This document shows, piece after piece, positions 35,353-45,715 of a stretch of DNA of 64,000 nt. A model generated the notes under the pieces. The model was not told the origin of the DNA. It worked only from the letters and a program-made list of their open reading frames with translations, and searched no databases. The position numbers and the translations under genes are program-made. Source of the stretch: an uncultured Clostridia bacterium (lineage in GTDB: Bacteria > Bacillota > Clostridia > TANB77 > CAG-508); assembly GCA_948664205.1 (NCBI GenBank), contig CAPNDH010000003.1, positions 1,330-65,329 on the forward strand. Direction: 5' to 3'. Position 1 is the stretch's first letter, and each line of letters opens with the position of its first letter.

Positions 35353-38300
35353 TTACAATACATATTTCTTAATAAATATTACTCCTGTAGATATTATTGC
35401 TAATGAACCAGTTGCTAATAGTACGTAACTTAAATTTATTAGTTCTCCTGTTTTTGTAGCTAGTATTACTGGTGCGTCGTCTATGTCGTCTTCTCCTGGT
35501 TTTTGGTTGTTTGGAGTTGAGTCTATGTCTGGTGTATCACTGTCATTTTTATCTTCGCTTATTTCTGCTGTGTTTACTTTTAGTCCCATGTTGTTATTTC
35601 CATTTATCCATGTTAATAATACTTCTACTTCGGCACTTTCACCTGGGTTTAATAGTGTATTTGCTAATGCATTTGTTACTATTTTTCCGTCTACTTCTCT
35701 CCAGTCTTTATTGTCTGTTGCTACAAATTTTAGTCCTTCTGGTATATAGTCTGAAATCTCTAGCGCGTATCCTGGTATTTCACCTTCGTTTGTTACTCTT
35801 ATGCTATACCTGAATTTAACTACTACTTTATTTACTTTATTTTTAGCTATTTCTACTTTTACTACTTCTTCTGGGTCATCTTCTGCTTTATGACCTGTAT
35901 TTGTTACTGTTTCTTTACCATTTTCTATTACTATAGCTTGTGTTACCCATTTTCTTAAAGCTAAGTCAAAGTATTTTACTTTTACTTTTTCTATGTCTTG
36001 GTCGTCTTCTCCTTCTATCCATTTATCTGGAGTTGAGTCTTTATCTATTACTGGGTTCCCTTTTTCGTCTTCATCATCTGCTATTTGTGCTTTGTTTATT
36101 AGTATTCTGTCAGATGTATTTGGTTCTGTTACTTTGAATGCTATTTTAATATCTTTATGGTCTGGTTCTTCCATTGTTTTACTGTCAAATGCTTTTAATA
36201 AGTTATTTCTTCCTGTTTCAGTTTCTTGTGCTTTTGATAAGTAATCTGTTGAAATTGAAACTGCTTCTTCTATATTTTCAGTTACATTTCCTTCTTCATC
36301 TAACATTACCCATCTATATTCTTTATTTAAGTCATTTTCTGGTAAGAACTCTAAGCCTTCTGGTAAATCATCCTTTACTTGTTTTGCGTATCCTGCCATT
36401 GTTCCTTCATTGTATATACGAAGTGTATATGTTACTATATTTCCATTTTCAACGTCTACTGGTTCTTTTGTATGTGTGTAAATATATTTACCTTCTTCAG
36501 TTATACTAAATACTGGTACTCTATTAGTTATTTCAGTTTCATTTACTCCTGTTATGAACTTTCTTAAAGCTAAATCGAAGTATTTTAATTTGATATGTTC
36601 AACATCTATGTCATCTTCTTTTTCATTATTATTGTTTGGAGTTGAATCTCTATCTATTATAGGGTTTCCATTTTCGTCTGAGTCTTCTGATATTTCTGCC
36701 GTATTTGTTATTATTCCTTCATGTGAATTTGGAGCTATAACTTTAAATACTGCTTTTACATCTTTATGTTTTGGCTCAGCCATTGTGCTTTGATCAAATT
36801 CTCCTAGTAAGTTATCTCTATTAGCTACTATTCCTTGTTCTTTTGATAGGTAATCTGTTGCTATTATTTGTGCTTCTTTTTCATTTTCTGTTACTACATA
36901 GTTTTTACTATTGAATACTTTTATATCTTCTGGTGCTACTTCTTCATTTTCTTTAACTTCACGATACATTACCCATCTGTATTCTATGTTTGTTTCATCT
37001 GCTGGAATGAATTCTAAACCACTTGGTATATCATCCATTACTTCGCTTGCATATCCTGCAATATTTCCTTCATTGAATATCCTTATTGTATATTCTACTA
37101 TGTCTGTTGTTTGTACTTCTACTGGTACTTTTGTATGTTCATATATGTAATTTCCGTTTGAGTCTTTATTAGTAGTAAATACTGGATATCTATTTGTAAT
37201 AGGTGTTTCATTTAGCCCAGTTATAAATTTTCTTAAGGCTAAATCAAATTCTTTTAATATTAATTTATCAAAGTCGTCATCATCTTGTTGACCTTTATAA
37301 TGATATTCTTTATCTGTTAATACAGATTTGTTATCTGTTCTACCTTTATAGTCTGGTAAATCATTATCAGCTGGTAAATTATCATTTTGTATGTCATCTG
37401 CTGGTTTTGAATTGTCTTTTGTTAAACTATCAGCTGTTGAGTCTCTATCTATAACTGTGCTTCCATCGCTAGATGTATAGCCTGTTATTTCTGCTATGTT
37501 TGTTATTACTTTATCTAAGTTTTGTACTGATTTTACTCTACATTTTATTTGTACATCTATGTAATCTAATGTATCTCCACCATCATATGCTTTTAGTAAA
37601 GTTCCATTCTCTCTATTAGCATATGTTAAGTCTCTAATTCCTGAATGAGTACTATTTGGTGATGTAATATCTGTTTTTACAACCCTTCCATTTGCTGACC
37701 AGCCATAGTTTGCATTAAATTCATCATTTACATATTCTAATTCTGGTGGTAAATAGTCTGTAATTTCTGTTACATATCCATCTATTTCACCCTCGTTATA
37801 TACTCTAATTGTATATATTACTTCAGAACCTACTGAAACTCCTACTTCTGCTTTTTGATGTCTATATGTAGCTGTTGTTGCTGTTCCTGCTTTTAAGTTT
37901 GTAATGTCTACAACTGGTTCTTTTAAATATTTATTTTCTTCATTTAGTAATGGTTTGTTTTTTACTGTTGTTATGAATTTTCTTAAGGCAAGGTCAAATT
38001 CTTTTCCTGGTAACACTAAATCTTCATAGTCATCATCATCTTCGTAACCCCATCCAATAGTTGATGTTCCTGGGTTATAGTTATTTATTTTATCTTGAGT
38101 TAAATTTTCAAAAGAGTCTCTATCTGCTTTGTTACCATTTATATCTACACGGTCTGTTATTTCTGCTACATTTTTTAATATTTGGTCTGAACTTGTTACA
38201 CTTGCTACTACTCTACATTCTACTTTTACATCTGCAAATGAAATTTCTCCTCCTTCAAATGCTTTTAATAGTGTTGTATTTAGTTTATTTGTTGTTATTG

Positions 38301-39819
38301 TTTTTTTGTCACTTGATGGTACCCATCCATTTTCTTGGTTTAATGTGCTATCTTCTATATATTCTAAACCTGCTGGTAAGTGGTCTGTTATTTGAAGCGC
38401 ATATCCATCTAATTCGCCTTCATTATATATTCTTATTGTGTATTCTACTATATCTCCTACTTGTACTTCTACTGGGGTTTTTATATGTGGTTTTTCTACT
38501 GTCCATTTTCCTTTGTTTAATGTTGCTAAATTTTGTGTTGTTACATCTGGTATTCTATTTGTTATCTCTGTTCTTACATCATCTGTTGTTTTTGCTGTTA
38601 TGAATTTTCTTAGGGCTAAGTCAAATAATTTTTCTTCTGGTATATTTGGTGTTACAATGTTTGCTTTTCTTTCTATTTTATTTCTTGTTATTTCTACAAC
38701 TGGTTGATCTGTTTCTGGTGCATTTTGTACTGACCAGTATGTAAGTGTTGTTTCATATGTAGTTGCTACTACTTCAAAGTTTAACCCTGAAACATATTTA
38801 TCTTTTTCGACTGATATATAGAATTGTCCGCCTATTGCTTCTTCTAATGAAATTTCTGTTCCTGCTTCATTTACAATTTTATATGTTACTTCCAATTCAC
38901 CATTTTTTAATGTTGATGAAAGTTTATATTCTATATTTGGTTTTGCTGTAAGTGTATATGGTCCTAATATATAATTTCCATTTTCTAATTTTATACCTGC
39001 ATTTGTTGGAGTTAATGTAATTAAATTGTCAGTATCTAATTTAGTTGGAACTTTATCGCTATTTGCAATTCCTCCTTCTACCAAGTAATTAAATATTGCT
39101 ACTGCTAAGTCTTTTCTATCATCGCCATCTCTAAATTTATCTTCTATTGATACATAAACTGCATCTAATGGTCCTTTTTCTTTTACATCTAATGCAAAAC
39201 TTCCATTTTCTACTTGATAGTCTCTATCTCCATCATTTGTAAAATACCATATAGCTAATTGTTGCGCCACATCTATTTCATCATCTGTTATATTTATATT
39301 AGGGCTAAGGTCTGTACCTTTTAATGCTTCTGTAATTAGTTCTTGCCTATAAGCTTCACTTGTAGGAAGTCCTGGTACATAGCAGTGTTCTAATACCCAT
39401 ATAAGTGAATTATAATTTGCTCCACTTGGCAATACATTTTTGTATTTATCTGGCATAGGATTTGTTGTAGAATCTTTATCTTTTAAATCAAAATGAAAAG
39501 TATATTCCCTTACATCGTTTTGTCCTACATATTTTCCATCTTCATCTACTGAACCAAATCCATCTCCACCTTTTATACAGTAAAATGTTCTTGATTGGTC
39601 TGGGTCTTTCTTTGTAAGGCTTTCATATGAAGATATTTTCCACATTATTTTATCTAATGCTTTATACCCATATGAAGGTGAACCTTTACGATATTCTTCA
39701 ATTCCTAAGTATAATGATTGGTCTGCAACTGCTGCATTAACTTTTGTTGCTGTTATACCTAAAATCATAATCGCTAAGCTAATTATTAAAACACTTAAAA
39801 TTCCTTTTCTCATTTTCAT
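35353..39819 (-). CDS. giant cell-wall-anchored adhesin: signal peptide, thioester (TQxA-type) domain, 5-6 DUF11/Cna-B-like repeats, sortase signal
   Basis: Signal peptide ..TATKVNA. The candidate thioester pair is Cys in TFYCIKGGDG and Gln in VAQQLAIWYFTN. Repeat starts (F/Y)FDLALRK(F/W)(I/V)T occur six times. The C-terminus has ATKTGE, a hydrophobic helix and KKY. Confidence 0.75.
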   Translation of the reverse strand: MKMRKGILSVLIISLAIMILGITATKVNAAVADQSLYLGIEEYRKGSPSYGYKALDKIMWKISSYESLTKKDPDQSRTFYCIKGGDGFGSVDEDGKYVGQNDVREYTFHFDLKDKDSTTNPMPDKYKNVLPSGANYNSLIWVLEHCYVPGLPTSEAYRQELITEALKGTDLSPNINITDDEIDVAQQLAIWYFTNDGDRDYQVENGSFALDVKEKGPLDAVYVSIEDKFRDGDDRKDLAVAIFNYLVEGGIANSDKVPTKLDTDNLITLTPTNAGIKLENGNYILGPYTLTAKPNIEYKLSSTLKNGELEVTYKIVNEAGTEISLEEAIGGQFYISVEKDKYVSGLNFEVVATTYETTLTYWSVQNAPETDQPVVEITRNKIERKANIVTPNIPEEKLFDLALRKFITAKTTDDVRTEITNRIPDVTTQNLATLNKGKWTVEKPHIKTPVEVQVGDIVEYTIRIYNEGELDGYALQITDHLPAGLEYIEDSTLNQENGWVPSSDKKTITTNKLNTTLLKAFEGGEISFADVKVECRVVASVTSSDQILKNVAEITDRVDINGNKADRDSFENLTQDKINNYNPGTSTIGWGYEDDDDYEDLVLPGKEFDLALRKFITTVKNKPLLNEENKYLKEPVVDITNLKAGTATTATYRHQKAEVGVSVGSEVIYTIRVYNEGEIDGYVTEITDYLPPELEYVNDEFNANYGWSANGRVVKTDITSPNSTHSGIRDLTYANRENGTLLKAYDGGDTLDYIDVQIKCRVKSVQNLDKVITNIAEITGYTSSDGSTVIDRDSTADSLTKDNSKPADDIQNDNLPADNDLPDYKGRTDNKSVLTDKEYHYKGQQDDDDFDKLILKEFDLALRKFITGLNETPITNRYPVFTTNKDSNGNYIYEHTKVPVEVQTTDIVEYTIRIFNEGNIAGYASEVMDDIPSGLEFIPADETNIEYRWVMYREVKENEEVAPEDIKVFNSKNYVVTENEKEAQIIATDYLSKEQGIVANRDNLLGEFDQSTMAEPKHKDVKAVFKVIAPNSHEGIITNTAEISEDSDENGNPIIDRDSTPNNNNEKEDDIDVEHIKLKYFDLALRKFITGVNETEITNRVPVFSITEEGKYIYTHTKEPVDVENGNIVTYTLRIYNEGTMAGYAKQVKDDLPEGLEFLPENDLNKEYRWVMLDEEGNVTENIEEAVSISTDYLSKAQETETGRNNLLKAFDSKTMEEPDHKDIKIAFKVTEPNTSDRILINKAQIADDEDEKGNPVIDKDSTPDKWIEGEDDQDIEKVKVKYFDLALRKWVTQAIVIENGKETVTNTGHKAEDDPEEVVKVEIAKNKVNKVVVKFRYSIRVTNEGEIPGYALEISDYIPEGLKFVATDNKDWREVDGKIVTNALANTLLNPGESAEVEVLLTWINGNNNMGLKVNTAEISEDKNDSDTPDIDSTPNNQKPGEDDIDDAPVILATKTGELINLSYVLLATGSLAIISTGVIFIKKYVL

Positions 39820-40102
39820 TTTTCTACCATCCTTTTTTATTTTGGCATATTTATATATAATATATTTTAATTAGTTTTAAAATATAAGTCAATACCAATA
39901 TTTTCCGGCTTTTTTACTGTTTTTAATTATACTTTAAAATGCACTACGGAAGTACATTTTCCAAGTGTCAATTTTTTTCAAAGCCATATATTATTATTAT
40001 ATTACATTTTGCTTACAAAATCAAGGTTTTATGTGAATTTCTTTAGGGAGAGTGGGGTTACCCTATGCTTTCTTATTTTGATGTTTTAAATTAATTTAAC
40101 GT

Positions 40103-41300
40103 CTAATTCATTAAAAAATCTATTATATTAATAACCCTAATACCATCAATTTCTTTATTTTTTACTTTATCCATAGTTAGTATAAATTTAGGATAATTGT
40201 CTTTAATTGCAAGCAAAGATTTTTTTTCTCTTTCTTCTACTTTTTCATCAAGTATACTTCTAGATACTTGATAATAAATTCTTTCATCAGGTTTTATTGC
40301 TATAAAGTCTATTTCTATATCATTATATTTGCCAACATATACTTCGTATCCGTCTACGTAAAAGTTCAATATATATTAAATTTTCATAACTACTTCCAGT
40401 ATCATATGAAGAAAAGCCACTAATTATGTTTTTAAGTCCATTGTCTACAAAATAGTATTTTCCTTGCGTTTTTAATAACTGTTTTCCTTTTAGTTCATAT
40501 CTAGGAACTCTATAGATAAAATAAGCATTTTCAATCATTTTTAGATAAGCATCTACAGTTTCGTTTGTAATACTACTACCATTTTTTTTCATAAAATCTG
40601 CAATTGAATTTGGTGTAGTCAAATTACCTATACAACTAGACATATATTTTATTAAATTGTCTAAAAAAATTACATCTTTAATATTATTTCGATTTATAAC
40701 ATCTTTTTTTAAAACAACTTCTTTAATATCATTTAAGTAATTAATCATTAATTCTTCATTATTGTTCATATTTACTAACATTGGCATACCACCGAATTTT
40801 AAATATTTATCAAATTTGTCATATTTATCTTCATCTTCTTTAAATGGATATTCTTTTATAAATTCCTTGAATGAGAATGGATATATTTTTATTGTTAATA
40901 CTCTGCCAGCAAGTAGTGTTGTTAGTTCACTTGATAAAAGATAGGCATTTGAACCTGTTATATAAATATCGCAATCTATATCAACTAATAGTGAATTAAC
41001 AGCTTTCTCCCACATTTCTACATTTTGTACTTCATCTAATAAAATGTAATTCTTTCCTTTTTGAATATTTTCCTTTATATAATTGTATAAATCTTGATAG
41101 TTTTTTATATGATACCAATCTGCACTTTCAAAATTCATATATATAATATTTTTGCGTGAAATATCCTGTGATAATAAATAATCTTTATATTGAAGTAATA
41201 AAGTACTTTTTCCACTTCTTCTAACACCAGTTATTACTTTAATTAAATTTAGGTCTTTACTTTCTATTAATTGTTTTAGATATTTTTCTCTTTTTAGCAT
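40103..41300 (-). pseudogene. AAA ATPase of the DUF4143 family (COG1373), interrupted by a +1 frameshift at ~40352
   Basis: Walker A GVRRSGKST. ORF 40323..41300 ends ..IELLRRRIRSICWQI*. ORF 40103..40369 continues ..GYEVYVGKYNDIEIDF in the +1 frame. The junction is cgt aga C gga tac. Confidence 0.8.
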
Positions 41301-41601
41301 AACATTCACCTCTATTATTATTTTACAATATTTTTTATTCTTAGTCAAGTTTTACGGTTATAAACTTAAAACTTTTATTTTTTCATTTTTTTACGTTTAT
41401 ATATTATATGTAACAATATAGTATATATACATTTTTCTTTCATAATATACTAAAGAATAAGGGGGAAATTAGTAATTGCTCTAATAATGGGCTATTTTTC
41501 ATGGAATTAAAGCCTTTCTGATATTTAAAACTATAGATTATTAATTTTAAAATTTGATTAGTTGATATTTTAGAAATTTGAAATATTAAATTTTTAAGAA
41601 T

Positions 41602-41720
41602 TTAGTGAATAGTTAAAAATTAATAGTTAATAGTACATAAGTGCTCTTAGTAATTAATTATAACTATTCACTATTAACTATTAACCATTAACTATTAAGT
41701 GCGACTTGTTAAAGTCGCAC
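41602..41720. repeat. family D-like hairpin (tagttaa/ttaacta units) followed by a GC hairpin
   Basis: ttagtgaatagttaaaaattaatagttaatagt pairs with actattcactattaactattaaccattaactattaa. The hairpin gtgcgacttgttaaagtcgcac follows. Confidence 0.75.
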
Positions 41721-41960
41721 TTATGGAGGCGATTGCTTACCAGACTAACTTCTGTATATAGCTTATATCTAGTCTTTAAGTTGTTTCAAAATATTATTTT
41801 GTCACATTTTTGTCACATCAAAATCAATTTATTTTATATACCTTTTTTAATTATTAACCAAAACAAAAAAGAACATTTATTTGTAAGAAGTATTGAAAAG
41901 CATTAGATTATATGATAAAATAGTTACTATAAAATTGTAATAATTGAAATGAGGTATAAA

Positions 41961-42803
41961 ATGGTAAGAAAAAATATATTTGAAATTTTAGAAAATAAAT
42001 GGGATAGTATCGCAGAAATAAAAAGAATTTACAAACTATTATATAAAAAGTCTATTAGTAATCCCTATAGTACAGATATGACTCCTATAGCTGTTGTGAA
42101 TCAATATTGTTTCCATAACTGGAATAATCGACATACTTATTTAACTATTGAAGATATGGCAAAAGCATTAAATATAGAAATATATTATGATAGTATTCCA
42201 AGCAATTTATCAACTACTATGATATTAAATTATTTGGAATTTGCAAGCAATATTGTAATGCTTTGCGATACTAAAATATTTGAAGAAGGCTCAAATTTTG
42301 ATTATTATACAGATTATGTAATTCTTGATGAAAATATAGAAATTGCTTTGGAGCATTTAAATTTTTCTAAATATGAAATTAATAATGAAGAAAGAATAAT
42401 TTTAATTGAAAAGAATCCTTCTGCAATAGCTGTTGCTGAAATTGTTGATGAAGATACAGCTTGTAAAGTAATTGAGTATAATCATTATTTATTAAAAGGC
42501 AATATCGATAAAAAGAAAGATATTTTATTGCAATTAGCTAATAAATATGAAGGTATGAAAAGTAATATTAAAAGTCTAAATAGTAAATTAGATGATGATA
42601 TTGGATTTATGCTAAATAATGTGCATGTCAGACACAATAATAAGAGTGGAAAAAATAAAAAGGAATATATATCTAAAATGAGAAAAGACACAATGGAAAA
42701 ATGGTATGATGAAACATACCAAATGTTACTATTAGCATTTCTTTTAACTGAACAACCAAGTAGAAGTAAAAAGATAAGTCAGTTAAAAGAAAAACTTAAA
42801 TAA
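41961..42803 (+). CDS. hypothetical protein (280 aa) in the tRNA-adjacent islet
   Basis: RBS gaggt before ATG 41961. I recognise no motif. It is followed 20 nt later by the RhuM-like gene. Confidence 0.55.
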   Translation: MVRKNIFEILENKWDSIAEIKRIYKLLYKKSISNPYSTDMTPIAVVNQYCFHNWNNRHTYLTIEDMAKALNIEIYYDSIPSNLSTTMILNYLEFASNIVMLCDTKIFEEGSNFDYYTDYVILDENIEIALEHLNFSKYEINNEERIILIEKNPSAIAVAEIVDEDTACKVIEYNHYLLKGNIDKKKDILLQLANKYEGMKSNIKSLNSKLDDDIGFMLNNVHVRHNNKSGKNKKEYISKMRKDTMEKWYDETYQMLLLAFLLTEQPSRSKKISQLKEKLK

Positions 42804-42823
42804 TAAAAGAGGAGGTTAATTAT

Positions 42824-43835
42824 ATGCAAGATTTAACAAAAGGAGATTTAATTATATATGAAGATGAAAACAATAAAATAGACATAGAAGCTTTTTTATA
42901 TGATGAAACAATTTGGTTACCTCTTAATAAAATTGCTGAATTATTTGAAAAGGATAAATCTACAATAAGTGAACATATAAAAAATATATTTGATGAACAA
43001 GAATTATCCAAAGACTCAACTGTTGGGAAATTCCCAACAGTTCAAATCGAAGGTAATCGTAAGGTTAATAGAAATATTGATTATTATAATCTTGATATGA
43101 TAATAGCTGTTCGGATATAGGACAAATTCAAAAAAAGCAACAAAATTTAGACAATGGGCGACAGAAGTTCTAAAATCATATATCATAAAAGGATATAGTA
43201 TAAACAAAGAAAAATTAAAAAATCCTAATAAATTTGGTAAAGACTACTTTAATGAGTTACTAGAAATTATCAAAGAAATTAGAACAAGCGAAAGAAGGTT
43301 TTATCAAAAAGTAACTGATATTTTTGCAGAGTGTAGTATCGATTATAATAAAAATTCTGAAATTGCAAATAATTTTTATGCTACTATTCAAAATAAGTTT
43401 CATTATGCCATTACAAATGAAACGGCAGCAGAAATAATTTATCATAGAGCAAATAGTAAAAAAGAACATATGGGATTAACTTCTTGGAAACACTCTCCAG
43501 AAGGAAGGATATTAAAAAGTGATGTTAGTATTGCAAAAAACTATTTAACAAATAAAGAACTAGATTTCTTACAAGATATTGTTAATATGTATTTAGATAT
43601 AGCTGAAAACCGTGCAAAAAGACAAATACCTATGAAAATGAAAGATTGGGTAGAAGAATTAGATACAATGCTACAAACAAATAAATATGACGTTTTAGAT
43701 AATAAAGGAAGTATATCATCTGAACAAGCAAAACAATTTGCAGAAAATGAATTTGAAAAATTTAGGGTAGAACAAGATAAAAAGTATATCTCTGATTTTG
43801 ATAAAATCATTGATGAGTGTAAAAAAAGTAAATAA
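42824..43835 (+). pseudogene. RhuM-family protein, interrupted by a +1 frameshift at 43112
   Basis: The N-terminal part ends ..YYNLDMIIAVRI*. The +1 frame continues GYRTNSKKATKFRQWATEVLKSYIIKGYSINKEKL.. through to 43835. The junction is gct gtt C gga tat agg. Confidence 0.8.
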
Positions 43836-44014
43836 AATTTTGTTACGTTTTTATACATATGTATTAGTTTTTTTGTAACATTTTGTCACATTTTTGGCAC
43901 ATACACTTTAATTTTATATAACACACAGTAAAAAGTAAAAATTAAAAAATCCCTATTTTTAGGGAAAAAATAAGACCTATTAAAACGCATTAACACGCAA
44001 TAATAGGTACATTT

Positions 44015-44088
44015 TGGAGGCGCCACCCGGATTTGAACCGGGGATCAGAGTTTTGCAGACTCGTGCCTTACCGCTTGGCTATAGCGCC
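44015..44088 (-). tRNA. tRNA-Cys (GCA)
   Basis: GGCGCTATAGCCAAGCGGTAAGGCACGAGTCTGCAAAACTCTGATCCCCGGTTCAAATCCGGGTGGCGCCTCCA. It folds as a cloverleaf with anticodon loop CTGCAAA, T-arm CCCGG/TTCAAAT/CCGGG and an encoded CCA. Confidence 0.9.
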
Positions 44089-44098
44089 GAATATTATT

Positions 44099-44172
44099 TG
44101 GAGCAGGTAACGGGAATCGGACCCGTAACTTAACCTTGGCAAGGTTATGTTTTACCACTAAACTATACCTGC
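44099..44172 (-). tRNA. tRNA-Gly (GCC) with an unusual T-loop (C at position 55)
   Basis: GCAGGTATAGTTTAGTGGTAAAACATAACCTTGCCAAGGTTAAGTTACGGGTCCGATTCCCGTTACCTGCTCCA. Acceptor stem is GCAGGTA/TACCTGC, anticodon loop TTGCCAA, T-arm ACGGG/TCCGATT/CCCGT. Confidence 0.85.
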
Positions 44173-44212
44173 GCATGCTTATAAAAGCATATTTATAATA
44201 ACAAAATTATAC

Positions 44213-45491
44213 TTAAAAGTCAAGACATGTTGGTAAATTTTCAAAAAATTGAAACATATAGCTTATTATATTTTTCTTTTTGACCTCTTCTTTTATAATT
44301 ATATCTATTGTTTCAATTATTTCTTCTTTATTTTTTACAGCTAATGTTCCTACTTTCTTTCCTTTTTCTAATGGTGCTTCATATTCATATATACAATTTA
44401 TTTCTATTTTTATATCTTTTGCAGTTCCTTTTTTTATCGGAATTATCTTATTTTCTATATTTGCTAATTCTAGTTCAATATTTTTTCTTTGCGCTTTATT
44501 TATATATATGCGACTTTCATTTATTTGTTTCCAATTTTCAAATTCTTTTTTTATAATTTCTTCTAAATTTATTCTTTCATATTCTTTAAATGCATATTCT
44601 ATTAATTTTATACTATCTGATGTTCTTTGTTTTTTTGTATCTGCTCCTAGTACTACTGTTATTATTTGGTTTCCTTCCCTTGTACATGATGTAACTAGGC
44701 ACCTCATGGCATTTCCTGTAAAACCTGTTTTTACGCCATCTACACCATTTAAATTTCCTAGTAATTCATTTGTATTGCTTATTTCTCTGTTAGCTCCATT
44801 TATATTTATTGTTGTACTTTTTGTATTTACTATATTTGCAAATTTTGAATTTTGTAGTGCATAATCTGTTAATACTGCTAATTCATATGCTGTTGTGTAG
44901 TGATTGTCGTCATCTAACCCATGTGGCGTTACAAAGTGTGTATTTTTTAGCCCTAATTCTTCTGCTTTTTTATTCATTAAATTAGCAAAACCTTCTACGC
45001 TTCCGCCTACATACTCAGCAAGCGCTACTGCACTATCATTTCCGAGAACGTAACATTAAGCCATATAATAAATCATTTACTGTTACTTTATCATTTTCTT
45101 TTAATTTAAGACTTGAACCTCCAGTATTATCTGCTTTTTTTGATACTGTTACGATATCTGTTAATTTAGCATTTTCTAATACCACTATTGCTGTCATTAT
45201 TTTTGTTGTTGATGCCATCGCTCTTTTTTTATATTCATTTTTACCCCATATTACTTTTTTTGTGCTTCTATCATATACTATTGCTGATTTAGAGTTTAAA
45301 ATAGGCTCTTGATTTGGCTTTGTCGCAGATTCTACTATTTCTTGCATTTCAATTTCGTTTAGTTCTTCTTCATCTCCGTCATCTGCATATATTGTTGGAA
45401 CACATATATTAATTAGTATTAATAATATTAGTATAATTTTAAATAAAATATATTTTTTAGAATTTTCAAACAATGAAATCACCTTATACAT
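44213..45491 (-). pseudogene. dacB: D-alanyl-D-alanine carboxypeptidase (S11, DacB/DacF-like), interrupted by a +1 frameshift at 45044
   Basis: The SxxK box (MASTTK) is in ORF 45036..45491, which ends ..LMLRSRK*. The +1 frame gives [33 protein letters not shown] (SxN box) and runs into ORF 44213..44977, which carries KTG (GVKTGFT). The junction is cgt tct C gga aat gat. Confidence 0.85.
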
Positions 45492-45544
45492 TTTATTATA
45501 TAAGGTGATTTTTATTACTAATTTATATATATTTTTTGTTTTAA

Positions 45545-45710
45545 ATTGTAGGGCGATTATTTCTTAGCTCTTCGAGCGAATAGCGAGTTAGAGATAAGTT
45601 ATGCGTTAGCTTAATCGTCCGCTCTTCGAAGAAGTTACCCTAATTTATATATTTGTTTAAGTAATTTCTTCGAAGACATGACGAGCAATGCTCGCCCCTT
45701 TAATATAAAT
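45545..45710. repeat. repeat family B, long variant with two ttcgaaga cores
   Basis: tgtagggcgattatttcttagctcttcgagcg ... cgtccgctcttcgaagaagttaccc ... aatttcttcgaagacatgacgagcaatgctcgcccc. Confidence 0.8.
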
Positions 45711-45715
45711 GTATA

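Noticed and set aside
44099-44174. A 76-nt model of tRNA-Gly starting at GCGC (44174).
   Set aside because: The acceptor stem only pairs as GCAGGTA/TACCTGC, which gives a standard 74-nt tRNA ending at 44172.
45036-45491. Treating 45036..45491 and 44213..44977 as two separate small PBP-like genes. The same question applies to 42824..43120 with 43470..43835, and to 40103..40369 with 40323..41348.
   Set aside because: Each pair splits one well-known domain in the middle of a conserved motif (SxN box, the RhuM core, the DUF4143 C-terminus). Each pair is rejoined exactly by removing one base.
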